A program made the position numbers and the translations under genes. A DNA stretch of 46,876 nt from Chiloscyllium plagiosum (lineage: Eukaryota), in the NCBI RefSeq assembly GCF_004010195.1, contig NW_025214587.1:1-46876 (forward strand). The letters run 5' to 3'. Below the pieces are notes generated by a model, which worked only from the letters and a program-made list of their open reading frames with translations, made no database searches and was not told the origin of the DNA. Positions 35,630-46,876 of the stretch are shown here, in pieces. Numbering within the stretch: position 1 is the stretch's first letter; each line of letters begins with the position of its first letter.

Positions 35630-36880
35630 CATTTACACAGAGATTTCCAGCCCAAGTCACAAACAAGAATGTTGGACTTGGCTGATGCCAGCCATAAATG
35701 GAGCTGCACAATTCTGTTTGAATACTGACATTGTGGAAATAACATACACTGAATATGGTTTATGAGGGATTCAATGTAAGATGCCATGTGCTGCAGGAAC
35801 CCTTCATCTTTATAACACATTCATTCAGGATTGGGTCCAAGGTACAAAATTACAGAGTTTCGGTGGCACACCAGAAGGGATATACTTGCAAGACATGGTT
35901 GTTTACTGGTAATTGTTACAAATGTTCAACTGCATGTGGACCAGTGCCATGTGCTCGTCCATTGACCAGTCTGCCCCACACACATCTCCCTGTTCTTCAG
36001 GTATGTATCTAACCAGTCTATTGTGAGGGATTGTGTGACTAACTGCCCAGCTCAAGTTAGGAAGCTCACTGAACATATTTTGGAGATGGAAATGTTTTTG
36101 GAGGTCGTGGTGAGGGCCAGTAAAACTGTCCCTGAATGTAGGTTTTTTCTCAATGTCATTTCCAACAGCTTTTCTGCCTGCAAGATGGTGTGTTCACTGA
36201 ACTGGACATGAATTGGCTGTTTACTATAGTCACTGAACTGTAATACTTAGGTGTGCGTTCTGGTAAGCCCATTATTGTTCACTTCAATTGCATTCAACTG
36301 AAAAACAATGATGTTTGGTTTATTTTAAAATATGTAAGAAATAAAGTGATATTAACTCATCATTATACAGAATGTAAAAGTGACCTGCTGTATATTTCCC
36401 ACAGACTAATCAAGCAACAATCAGATATTGTCTGGAAAACAAGATCATGTGAACAGGACTATGTCCCAGACAACATCACCATCCTCTGTGGTAGGTTCTG
36501 TCCCACTGACAGGACACAGCCAGGCACTGGCGGACAGCTCCTTGACATATAGTCAATATGGGGAGGCATGGTGGCTCAATGGTTAGCATTGCTGCCTAAT
36601 AGCACCAGAGACCCAGGTTTGCTTCCAGCCTTGGGCCACTGCCTGTGTGACGTTTTCACATTCTTCCCGTGTCTGCATGGCTTTCCTCCCACAGTCCAAA
36701 GAAATGCAGATCAGGTGAATTGGCCATGGTGGCGGATTGCTCTTTGGAGGGGGTTGGCGTGAGATGGTTGGGCCGAAGGGTCTGTTTCCACAGTGTAGGA
36801 AATCTAAAATAATCATAGTGCTCAGCATTGATGTTGGATCCTGTGGCGGCTAGACTGCTCTGCGGCAGGTTATGGGGAAC
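35630..36880 (+). mobile_element. Possible Tx1-like ORF2 C-terminal remnants (two heavily decayed blocks, the second split by a SINE)
   Basis: SSP..TNK..DLA/WL, TKLQSF, IVWK...ILCGRF.PT and ALMLDPVAAR..G resemble Tx1 C-termini as I recall them (SSPELSNKHQDLAWL...VLYGLFPGT...ALKLGAAAAKAQWG); similarity is weak. Confidence 0.35.
36562..36806 (+). mobile_element. HE1-like V-SINE
   Basis: ggcatggtggctcaatggttagcattgctgcc head; gggccgaagggtctgtttccacagtgtag tail. Confidence 0.88.
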
Positions 36881-37160
36881 CAATAAAAGGGAAACCAAAA
36901 ATTGACGACATCATCACCGATCTGCCTGCTGCAGACACACTCCTCCAATTCATATATCGGTAAGAATGGTCACTGCACAGTCCTGACGGGGAACAAGGGC
37001 TAACTTCACATTTTGCAGACCCTCCACACCATGCTATCTGCTGAATGGTACAGACTTTAAACAGATAAAGCAACCAATGACGATGCATCCATGAGGTACA
37101 ATGGCCGAACGGCAGCAGCACAATCATATTCTGTACAACTCATACAGTCTGCAACTTCCG

Positions 37161-40100
37161 TACAGTAACCATCACAGCCCGACATACCTCCCACTGTACA
37201 GTAACCATCACAGCCCGACATACCTCCCACTGTACAGTAACCATCACAGCCCGACATACCTCCCACTGTACAGTAACCATCACAGCCCGACATACCTCCC
37301 ACTGTACAGTAACCATCACAGCCCGACATACCTCCCACTGTACAGTAACCATCACAGCCCGACATACCTCCCACTGTACAGTAACCATCACAGCCCGACA
37401 TACCTCCCACTGTACAGTAACCATCACAGCCCGACATACCTCCCACTGTACAGTAACCATCACAGCCCGACATACCTCCCACTGTACAGTAACCATCACA
37501 GCCCGACATACCTCCCACTGTACAGTAACCATCACAGCCCGACATACCTCCCACTGTACAGTAACCATCACAGCCCGACATACCTCCCACTGTACAGTAA
37601 CCATCACAGCCCGACATACCTCCCACTGTACAGTAACCATCACAGCCCGACATACCTCCCACTGTACAGTAACCATCACAGCCCGACATACCTCCCACTG
37701 TACAGTAACCATCACAGCCCGACATACCTCCCACTGTACAGTAACCATCACAGCCCGACATACCTCCCACTGTACAGTAACCATCACAGCCCGACATACC
37801 TCCCACTGTACAGTAACCATCACAGCCCGACATACCTCCCACTGTACAGTAACCATCACAGCCCGACATACCTCCCACTGTACAGTAACCATCACAGCCC
37901 GACATACCTCCCACTGTACAGTAACCATCACAGCCCGACATACCTCCCACTGTACAGTAACCATCACAGCCCGACATACCTCCCACTGTACAGTAACCAT
38001 CACAGCCCGACATACCTCCCACTGTACAGTAACCATCACAGCCCGACATACCTCCCACTGTACAGTAACCATCACAGCCCGACATACCTCCCACTGTACA
38101 GTAACCATCACAGCCCGACATACCTCCCACTGTACAGTAACCATCACAGCCCGACATACCTCCCACTGTACAGTAACCATCACAGCCCGACATACCTCCC
38201 ACTGTACAGTAACCATCACAGCCCGACATACCTCCCACTGTACAGTAACCATCACAGCCCGACATACCTCCCACTGTACAGTAACCATCACAGCCCGACA
38301 TACCTCCCACTGTACAGTAACCATCACAGCCCGACATACCTCCCACTGTACAGTAACCATCACAGCCCGACATACCTCCCACTGTACAGTAACCATCACA
38401 GCCCGACATACCTCCCACTGTACAGTAACCATCACAGCCCGACATACCTCCCACTGTACAGTAACCATCACAGCCCGACATACCTCCCACTGTACAGTAA
38501 CCATCACAGCCCGACATACCTCCCACTGTACAGTAACCATCACAGCCCGACATACCTCCCACTGTACAGTAACCATCACAGCCCGACATACCTCCCACTG
38601 TACAGTAACCATCACAGCCCGACATACCTCCCACTGTACAGTAACCATCACAGCCCGACATACCTCCCACTGTACAGTAACCATCACAGCCCGACATACC
38701 TCCCACTGTACAGTAACCATCACAGCCCGACATACCTCCCACTGTACAGTAACCATCACAGCCCGACATACCTCCCACTGTACAGTAACCATCACAGCCC
38801 GACATACCTCCCACTGTACAGTAACCATCACAGCCCGACATTCCTCCCACTGTACAGTAACCATCACAGCCCGACATTCCTCCCACTGTACAGTAACCAT
38901 CACAGCCCGACATTCCTCCCACTGTACAGTAACCATCACAGCCCGACATTCCTCCCACTGTACAGTAACCATCACAGCCCGACATTCCTCCCACTGTACA
39001 GTAACCATCACAGCCCGACATTCCTCCCACTGTACAGTAACCATCACAGCCCGACATTCCTCCCACTGTACAGTAACCATCACAGCCCGACATTCCTCCC
39101 ACTGTACAGTAACCATCACAGCCCGACATTCCTCCCACTGTACAGTAACCATCACAGCCCGACATTCCTCCCACTGTACAGTAACCATCACAGCCCGACA
39201 TTCCTCCCACTGTACAGTAACCATCACAGCCCGACATTCCTCCCACTGTACAGTAACCATCACAGCCCGACATTCCTCCCACTGTACAGTAACCATCACA
39301 GCCCGACATTCCTCCCACTGTACAGTAACCATCACAGCCCGACATTCCTCCCACTGTACAGTAACCATCACAGCCCGACATACCTCCCACTGTACAGTAA
39401 CCATCACAGCCCGACATACCTCCCACTGTACAGCAACCATCACGGCCCGACATACCTCCCACTGTACAGTAACCATCACGGCCCGACGTACCTCCCACTG
39501 TAGAGTAACCATCACAGCTCGACATATCTCCTATTGTATAGCCACTGTCACACGGCCCAAAATACCTCCCACTGTACACTCACAGTCATGGCTCGACATA
39601 ACTCCCACTGTACAGTAACCATCACGGTCCGACATCTCTCCCACTGTACAGTAACCATCACGGTCCGACATTGCCACCACTGTAAAGTAACCATCACGGC
39701 CCGACATACCTCCCACTTTATAATACCTGTCATGGCCCGACATACCTCCCACTGTACAGTAACAATCACAGCCTGACATACCTCCCACTGCACAGTAACT
39801 GTCACGGCTCGACATACCTCCCAATGTACAGTAACCATCATGGCCCGACATACCTCCTACTGTGCAGTAACCATCATGGCCCAACATACCTCTCACTGTT
39901 CAGTAACTATCACGGGCCGACAAGCCTCCCACTGTACAGTCACCATCACGGCCCGACATACCTCCCACTGTACAGTAACTGTCACAGAGAGACATACCTC
40001 TCACTGTACAGTCAACATCACGGCCAGACATACCCCCCACTATACTGCAACGATCACGGCCCGACACAGCACCCATTGTACAGTAACCGTCACAGAATGA

Positions 40101-42830
40101 CATCCTCCCACTGTACAGTAACCATCACGGCCCGACATTGCCCCCACTGTACAGAAACCGTCACGGCCCGACATACCTCCGACTGTACAGTAACCATCAC
40201 GGCCCGACATATCTCCCACTTTACAGTAACCATCACGGCCCGACATACCTCCCACTGTACAGTAACCCTCACGGCCCAACATACCTCCCACTATACAGTA
40301 ACCCTCACGGCCCAACGTACCTCCCACTGTACAGTAACCCTCACGGCCCAACATACCTCCCACTGTACAGTAACCCTCACTGCCCGACATACCTTCCACA
40401 GTACAGTAACCATCACACCCATACATACCTCCCACGGTACAGTAACCATCACGGCCCAACATACATCCCACTGTACAGTAACCGTCACGGCCCGACATAC
40501 CTCCCACTATACAGTAACCATCACGGTCTGACATACCTCCCACTGTACAGTAACCATCACAGCCTGAAATTCCTTCCACTGCACAGTAACCATCACGGCC
40601 CGACATACCTCCTACTGTACAGTAACCATCACGGCCAGACATACCTCCCACTGTAGAGTAACCATCACAGCTCGACATACCTCCTATTGTACAGCCACTG
40701 TCACATGGCCCAACATACCTCCCAATGTACAGTCACAGTCATGGCTCGACATACCTCCCACTGTACAGAAACCGTCACGGCCCGACATACCTCCCACTGC
40801 ACAGTAACTGTCACGGCCCGACATGCCTCCTACTGTGCAGTAACCATCACAGCTCGACATACCTCCCACTGTACAGTAACCCTCACGGCCCAACATACCT
40901 CCCACTGTACAGTAATCATCATGGCCCAACATGCCTCTCACTGTTCAGTTACTATCACACCCCTACATACCTCCCACTGTACAGTAACCATCACGGCCCG
41001 ACATACCTCCCACTGTACAGTAACCCTCACAGCCTTGCTTAACTCCGACTGTACAGTAACTGTCACGGCCCGACATACCTCCCACTGCATAGTAACCATC
41101 ACGGCCCGACATACCTCCTACTGTGCAGTAACTGTCACGGCCCGACATACCTTCCACTGTACAGTAACCTTCACGGCCCAACATACCTCCCACTGTACAG
41201 TAACCCTCACGCCCGACATACCTCCCACTGTACAGTAACCTTCATGGCCTGGCTTAACTCCGACTGTACAGTAACTGTCACGGCCAGACATACCTCCCAC
41301 TGCACAGTAACCATCACGGCTCGACATACCTCCCACTGTACAGTAACCATCACGGCCCGGCTTACCTCCTACTGTGCAGTAACCATCATGGCCCGACATA
41401 CCTCCCACTGTACAGTAACCATCACGGCCCGACATACCTCTCACTGTTCAGTAACTATCACGGGCCGACATGTCTCCCACTGTACAGTAACCATAACGGC
41501 CCGACATACCTGCCATTGTACAGTAACCGTCACAGAGAGACAAACCTCCCACTGTACAGTAACCATCACGCCCTGACATACCTACCACTGTACAGTATCC
41601 ATTAACGCCTGACATACCTCCCACTGTACAGTAACCATCACGCCCTGACATACCTACCACTGTACAGTATCCATTAACGCCTGACATACCTCCCACTGTA
41701 CAGTAACCATCACGGAACAACATACATCCCACTGTACAGTAACCATCACGGCCCGACATACCTCCCACTGTACAGTTACCATTATGGCCCGACATACCTC
41801 CCACTGTACAGTTACCATTATGGCCCGACATACATCCCTCTGTAGAGTAACCATCACGGCCCGACATACAACCACACACCCCTCCCCCACCCCGTACAGT
41901 AAACATCACGGCCCAACAAACCTCGCACTGTGCAGTCACTGTCATGGCTCGACATACCTCCCAAAATACAGTATATATCACGCCCTGACATACCTACGAC
42001 TGTACAGTAACCATTATGGCCTGACATACCTCCCACTGTATTTTAACCCTCACGGCCCAACATACCTCCCACTGTACAGTAAGCCTCCTGGCGCGACATA
42101 CCTCCCACTGTACAGTAAGCATCCTGGCGCGACATACCTCCCACTGTACAGTAAGCATCCTGGCGTGACATACCTCCCAGGGTAGAGTAACCATCACGGC
42201 CCGACGTACCGCCCCCCCACTGTACAGTAACCATCACGGCCCAACATACATCCCACTGTACAGTAACCAGCACGGCGCGACATACCTCAAACTGTAGAGT
42301 AACCATCACAGCTCCACATACCTCGTATTGTACAGCCACTGTCACGGCCCAACATACCTCCCACTGTACAGTCACAGTCATGGCTCGACATACCTCGCAC
42401 TGTACAGTGACAATCATGGCCCGACATAACTCCCACTGTACAGTAACCATCACGGCCCAACATACATCCCACTGTACAGTAACCATCACGGCGCGACATA
42501 CCTCAAACTGTAGAGTAACCATCACAGCTCGACATACCTCGTATTGTACAGCCACTGTCACGTTCCAACATACCTCCCACTGTACAGTCACAGTCATGGC
42601 TCGACATACCTCGCACTGTACAGTGACCATCATGGTCCGACATAACTCCCACTGTACAGTAACCATCACGGCCCAACATACCTTCCACTGTACAGTCGCA
42701 GTCATGGCTCGACATACCTCGCACTGTACAGTAACCATCACGGCCCGACATTCTCTCTACTGTACAGTAACCATCACGGCCCATCATAGCTCCCACTGTA
42801 CAGTCACTGTCATGGCTCAACATACCACCC
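37161..42830. repeat. 36-bp minisatellite array, unit GTAACCATCACAGCCCGACATACCTCCCACTGTACA
   Basis: Units 1-46 identical (37165-38820); 15 units with an A>T variant (38821-39360); degenerate units from ~39430 to ~42830; ~157 units by length. Confidence 0.99.
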
Positions 42831-42834
42831 AACA

Positions 42835-43950
42835 GGCAATACAGTTGTGTGGGGAATATCCTCTCTCACAAACGTGATGGATTATTTTCAGGAAATCTCA
42901 AAATTGATTGATGAGGGCATGGGACTCGATGTTGTCCTTTTGGACCTTAGCAAGGCCTTTGATATGGTTCCTTATGGCAGGCTCATGCAGAAGATGAAGT
43001 GAAATGGGATCAGCGGTCAGTTAGTAAGATGGATAGAGAACTGCTTGGTCATAAAAGATAGAGTAGTGATGGAACAGTGTTTTTGCGACTGGAGATGTGT
43101 AAATAGATTGGCGGAGTTCCAAATTATGAGGATGATTGCCAGAGAATACAGCAGGATTTAGGTCAGCTGCAGACTTGGACAGAGAAAACACAGATGTAAC
43201 TTTATCTGGGCAGTTGCGACGTGATGCGTTTTAGAGGGTCTAATGCAGGAGAGAAATATAAAGTGGATGGAAAAATTACTGGCCGCATCAACATCCGAAG
43301 TGATCTAGGTGTACAGCTCCTCAGTTCCCTGAAAGTGGCAACACGGGTGGAGAGGGTGATCAAGAAGACTAACGGCAAACTTGCAGACATACACCGCAGC
43401 ATGCAATATGAACATTAGCAGGTCATATTGCAGTTGTAGGGAAACTTAGTTCGAGGTACATTTAGAATGTTGTGTACATTACTGGTTGCCACACCAGCAG
43501 AACGATATGGAAGTGTTGGAGATGGTATGGAAAAAGTTTTATCAGTATATTGTCTGGTCTGGAGGGTATTAGCCAGAAGGAGATATTGAACAAACGTGGT
43601 TTGTGTGCAGCTGAGCATCATTGGCTATGGAGCCACCTGATAGATATTTACAAAGTTATCAGAGACATAGATAGAAGGACAGTTAGGTTTTAGGTAAACG
43701 GGAGAAAGTTCAGGAGATGTGATAGGTAAGTTTTATTTTGCTGTTCCGGACAGAATGGAATGCACTGATAGAGGTGAAGAAGCCAATATAGCAAGGTTTA
43801 AGAGGCATGTTGGCACAAGTATTAGTAAGTAGGGAATAGAATGACATAGAAAGTATCGGAGCAAAAACTTTTATTTTAACTTTAGAATGGCATAATGTGT
43901 CAGTGCGGGCTTGCTGAGATGAAGGGCATGTTCCTGTGCTGGGCTGTTCT
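42835..43950 (+). mobile_element. CR1 ORF2 3' portion, decayed, abutting the array
   Basis: SLTNVMDYFQEISKLIDEG..DVVLLDLSKAFDMVPYGRL; DLGVQLLSSLKVATRV; tail gaagggcatgttcctgtgctg. Confidence 0.85.
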
Positions 43951-44347
43951 TTAAAACAAGATTTGAGTGCGGGAGTGGCAAGATGTTGACTGAATGATGA
44001 CTGATGATCAACAGCCACATTCAGTGGATCTCTGAACAACTTGCAGCTTCATACCCTCCCACCCACGGCAGGGAAAATCAATATGGATAATTGGACGTGA
44101 AAGTCCGAGCTGGTAACTGGTGATCCCATCTCGCCCCTCGCTCCTGCAGCCTTTTATCTTGGACACCGACATCTCGGTGGACACTTCACAGACAGAAGCT
44201 GCATGTACTCCACACCCACCAATGCTGGCATCTGACACATGCCAGCCTCACCATGCCATCCCAGCACATTTCCGACACACTGACAGTACGCTTCTGTATT
44301 TCAATGCTCCAGCTCAGGGTGCACTGACAACTCTCCTTGCAATACTC

Positions 44348-44522
44348 CTGCAAGGACACTGTGCTCAGGGACACACACCCAACTCATGGATTGTCCCTCT
44401 GGGCCTGCTCACTCCGTGTTTGTACACACTCAATGCTGCTGCAAGGACACTGTGCTCAGCGATACACACCCAGCTCATGGTCTGTCTCTCTGGGCTGCTC
44501 ATTCGGTGTTTGTACACACTCA
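44348..44522. repeat. Two-copy tandem repeat, period 91 bp
   Basis: ctgcaaggacactgtgctcag...gtgtttgtacacactca at 44348 and 44439. Confidence 0.9.
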
Positions 44523-44779
44523 CTTTGAACTGACTTGAATACTCACAGAATTATTGCATTGCCTTACCCTGCCCTCAGCAGTGTTTCCCCTGAGCCAGAG
44601 CTACCAGGCTCACCCGCCTGCTGCATTGTTTTGGTGTTAAGCACAGACACAAACCCAGGAAGCTTGATATCATTGTCCACAGTCAGTCACAGTGCCCAGT
44701 GCAGTGAGACAAGAGGTGTCTCAGATCCCAGTCTGACAGCTTGGACACGGTCAGTCAGCCTTTCATGGTTGTTATGATC

Positions 44780-45290
44780 AGGATCCTTCCCCTTTGATGG
44801 GGTGAGGAGCCTAATGTTTGGGAAACCCCTATCCCTCTTGGCTCTTTCTGCTCTCGTGTGGGGTGGTTCCTTCCGAAATGTGACAATTACCAAGCGGTAT
44901 TAAGGGAGGTGGAATTGCTTGTAACAGTTGGTACAGGTCGAGAGAAGTTGCTGTATTCAGTGACAGTGGGAGAACATGAGCCTTTGTAGGAGGTGGGTGC
45001 AGTAACAGAGAGACAGTGAGGGCGAGGTCACAAAATGCAGATGGTGGCACTTACAATGGTGACGTGGAGATGGTCACTGACCTCCTTCCGACACTGCTTG
45101 GCATTCACCATGAACGCTGGCACCTCACTGACACAGGGATCAACCTCCAACCAAGCTGGCAGGGTGTAGGGTCATGGCCTCCCTTGCCAGTCCTGGAGGA
45201 AGATAATGTCCCTCTCTTGCACCATGCCATCCACCAGAACCTCAGTGGCTTTGTCTCATAGTGAAGCCCCAGTTTTACCCCCTCTGCCAT
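44780..45290 (-). pseudogene. Harbinger-associated Myb/SANT-like gene remnant; exon 1 45290-45055, exon 2 from ~44872
   Basis: MAEGVKL / frameshift / DKATEVLVDGMVQERDIIF..TLPAWLEV..VS...NAKQCRKEVSD then donor GTAAGT (45054-45049); in-phase second block KEPPHTRAERAKRDRGFPNIRLLTP. Confidence 0.75.
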
Positions 45291-45699
45291 GTCCAGGCCA
45301 GTTTCGGATTGACAATCCAAGAGTATAATGACTTTTTAAAGATGGCCGCTGTAACAGGAAGGCTGGTGCATACTGGGATATCCAGGCAGTGGGAAGTTGT
45401 TATGACAAAGGGAAAAAAAACATCCGCTTAGTGTCAGATGAGACGAAGACCGTGTGGGCAGGGAAGGTAGTTAATGAGACAGATTGGGGATGGTATCATG
45501 AGAAATGCACTTCAGCTTGTGGAGAGAAACCCTCCATGAAACCCGTCTAAAATGAGACTTGACCAAATCATTACATGGCTTAGGCCTCTGTCTGTCTGAA
45601 CTAAAATAGGGATGCAGTGCGAAATATTGAGAGCAACAACCTTGGAGCGGAGAATTTTACAGGAGATTCAAATCCTTAAAATAGGGGTAACACACTGTT

Positions 45700-46700
45700 T
45701 CAGACTGTTAAAAGGAGCCGGGGAAAATCCCCTGTCTTATAGTTACCCACATTATCCAATCCCCACTGGATGCAGGGATGGTGCTGGAAGTGCTGGAGAA
45801 TGGCTAACACCGCAGCTTTGTTTAATATTGAGCAAGGGACTGACTGAATAGTTCGCGGCTGGAATTCTGATAAACGGTCACTGAGGAAGTCCCTGGGAGT
45901 CCAGGACGGTCGGTCTGGGTTTGTTCATGGAAGATCGTGTGTAATTAATTTAACTGTGTCGGTCTGAGGCAGTAACTTGTAACTGCATGTGACTTCCTTG
46001 GATTTGACGAGAGATTCCATGACAGACTGTTTAAAAACAGAAACTATAGGATCCCAGGTGAATGGAGCGAACAACCCAGAGAAGTGCAAGGCAAGGCATT
46101 TGGGAACATCAACAATAGAGAGATATGTACAATAAATGACAGTATAGTCAGTGTGGGCAGAAGGAAGCTGGAATCATTAATAAACTTGTTAATATAGCAA
46201 ATAGCATTATTTCCTCGAACAGACAAAATACGGAACAGCAGCAAGCTAATGCAGGAACTGTATAAATAATGAGTTCAGTCACAGCTTGGGGACTGTGTAC
46301 AGTTCTGGTCACCCCATCACATGGAAGGATGGAATTGGACTGGAGAGGGTACAGAGGAGATTCATTATCCTGTGACAGTGGAAGTGCAGGTACGAGGAAA
46401 AATTAAAATGGTGGATGCTGACAGGAGATTTGATTGGGGTGCACATATTATCAGGAGCCTGGTTAGAAAGGGAGAGAACACCTTGTTCCTGTTGAAGAGC
46501 TCAATTACGAGCGATGAATATTTAATGTAATTTGTTGAAATATTTGCGAAGTGGTGAGGAAGGTTGTTATTTCACCCAGAGTATGGTCGGGATCTGGGTG
46601 TTACACATGGAAGCGGAGTAGAGGCAGAAACTCAAACCATTTTAATAACGTGCCTGGATCTGCACTTGAAGTCCTACACTGTCCGGGGAGACAGAACTAG
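45700..46700 (+). mobile_element. Old CR1 ORF2 fragments
   Basis: KGAGENP.SY; gaactgtataaa..cagcttggggactgtgtacagttctggtcacc..ctggagagggtacagaggagattc (LYK..PQLEYCVQFWSP..LERVQRRF). Confidence 0.65.
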
Positions 46701-46876
46701 GGCGTTAAAAAACATCGTCACATCTTTACCAATACAGAGAGTGGACAGAATGATCTCCTCTATACTGAATTTTTCAAAGGTTACCAATGTTTGACGTGAT
46801 CAATACGCAGGGATGAGGGGTGAGGGCAGGGAGGAACAGTGTGTAAATTGATTAGAATCACAATAATACTGATCCT

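Noticed and set aside
36868..36960. Lipoxygenase exon (KGKPKIDDIITDLP resembles KG..TIEQI..TLP)
   Set aside because: Only a few residues match and no other lipoxygenase motifs are nearby
37101..39515. The 800-aa and 791-aa ORFs as genes
   Set aside because: They follow automatically from a stop-free 36-bp unit; overlapping ORFs on both strands and no unique domain
37161..42830. CRISPR array (36-bp repeat length is suggestive)
   Set aside because: Units are head-to-tail with no unique spacers, there are no cas genes, and the context is vertebrate
37161..42830. V(D)J recombination signal array (CACTGTA/CACAG resemble the heptamer)
   Set aside because: No ACAAAAACC-like nonamer at 12/23 spacing and no Ig/TCR segments seen

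Overview
Eukaryotic, repeat-saturated, apparently intergenic or intronic DNA from an elasmobranch. HE1-type V-SINEs, CR1/HER1 LINE debris and Penelope-type termini point to a shark, possibly a carpet shark; that assignment is inference. I find no intact cellular protein-coding gene, RNA gene or CRISPR array. Main contents: (1) many decayed CR1 LINE fragments on both strands; (2) two tRNA-derived SINE families, including a young head-to-head HE1 pair; (3) a ~5.5 kb apparently full-length L1-clade element (18819-24320, minus) with a 10-bp target-site duplication, a TTT/AAAA nick site and a YY1 motif at its 5' end, nested in a CR1 that also carries a putative solo LTR; (4) fossil PIF/Harbinger components, namely transposase pieces at 13260-15240 and two spliced Myb/SANT-like gene remnants at ~8.5 kb and ~45 kb; (5) Vingi/Ingi-like and Tx1-like fossils; (6) a ~2.2 kb-offset tandem duplication near the start; (7) a 5.7 kb 36-bp minisatellite (37161-42830) with a perfectly homogeneous left part, a variant block and higher-order structure, which produces all the long ORFs in the track. 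Three N gaps are present. All family assignments come from my own translation and motif recognition, not database searches, and boundaries of decayed elements are approximate.
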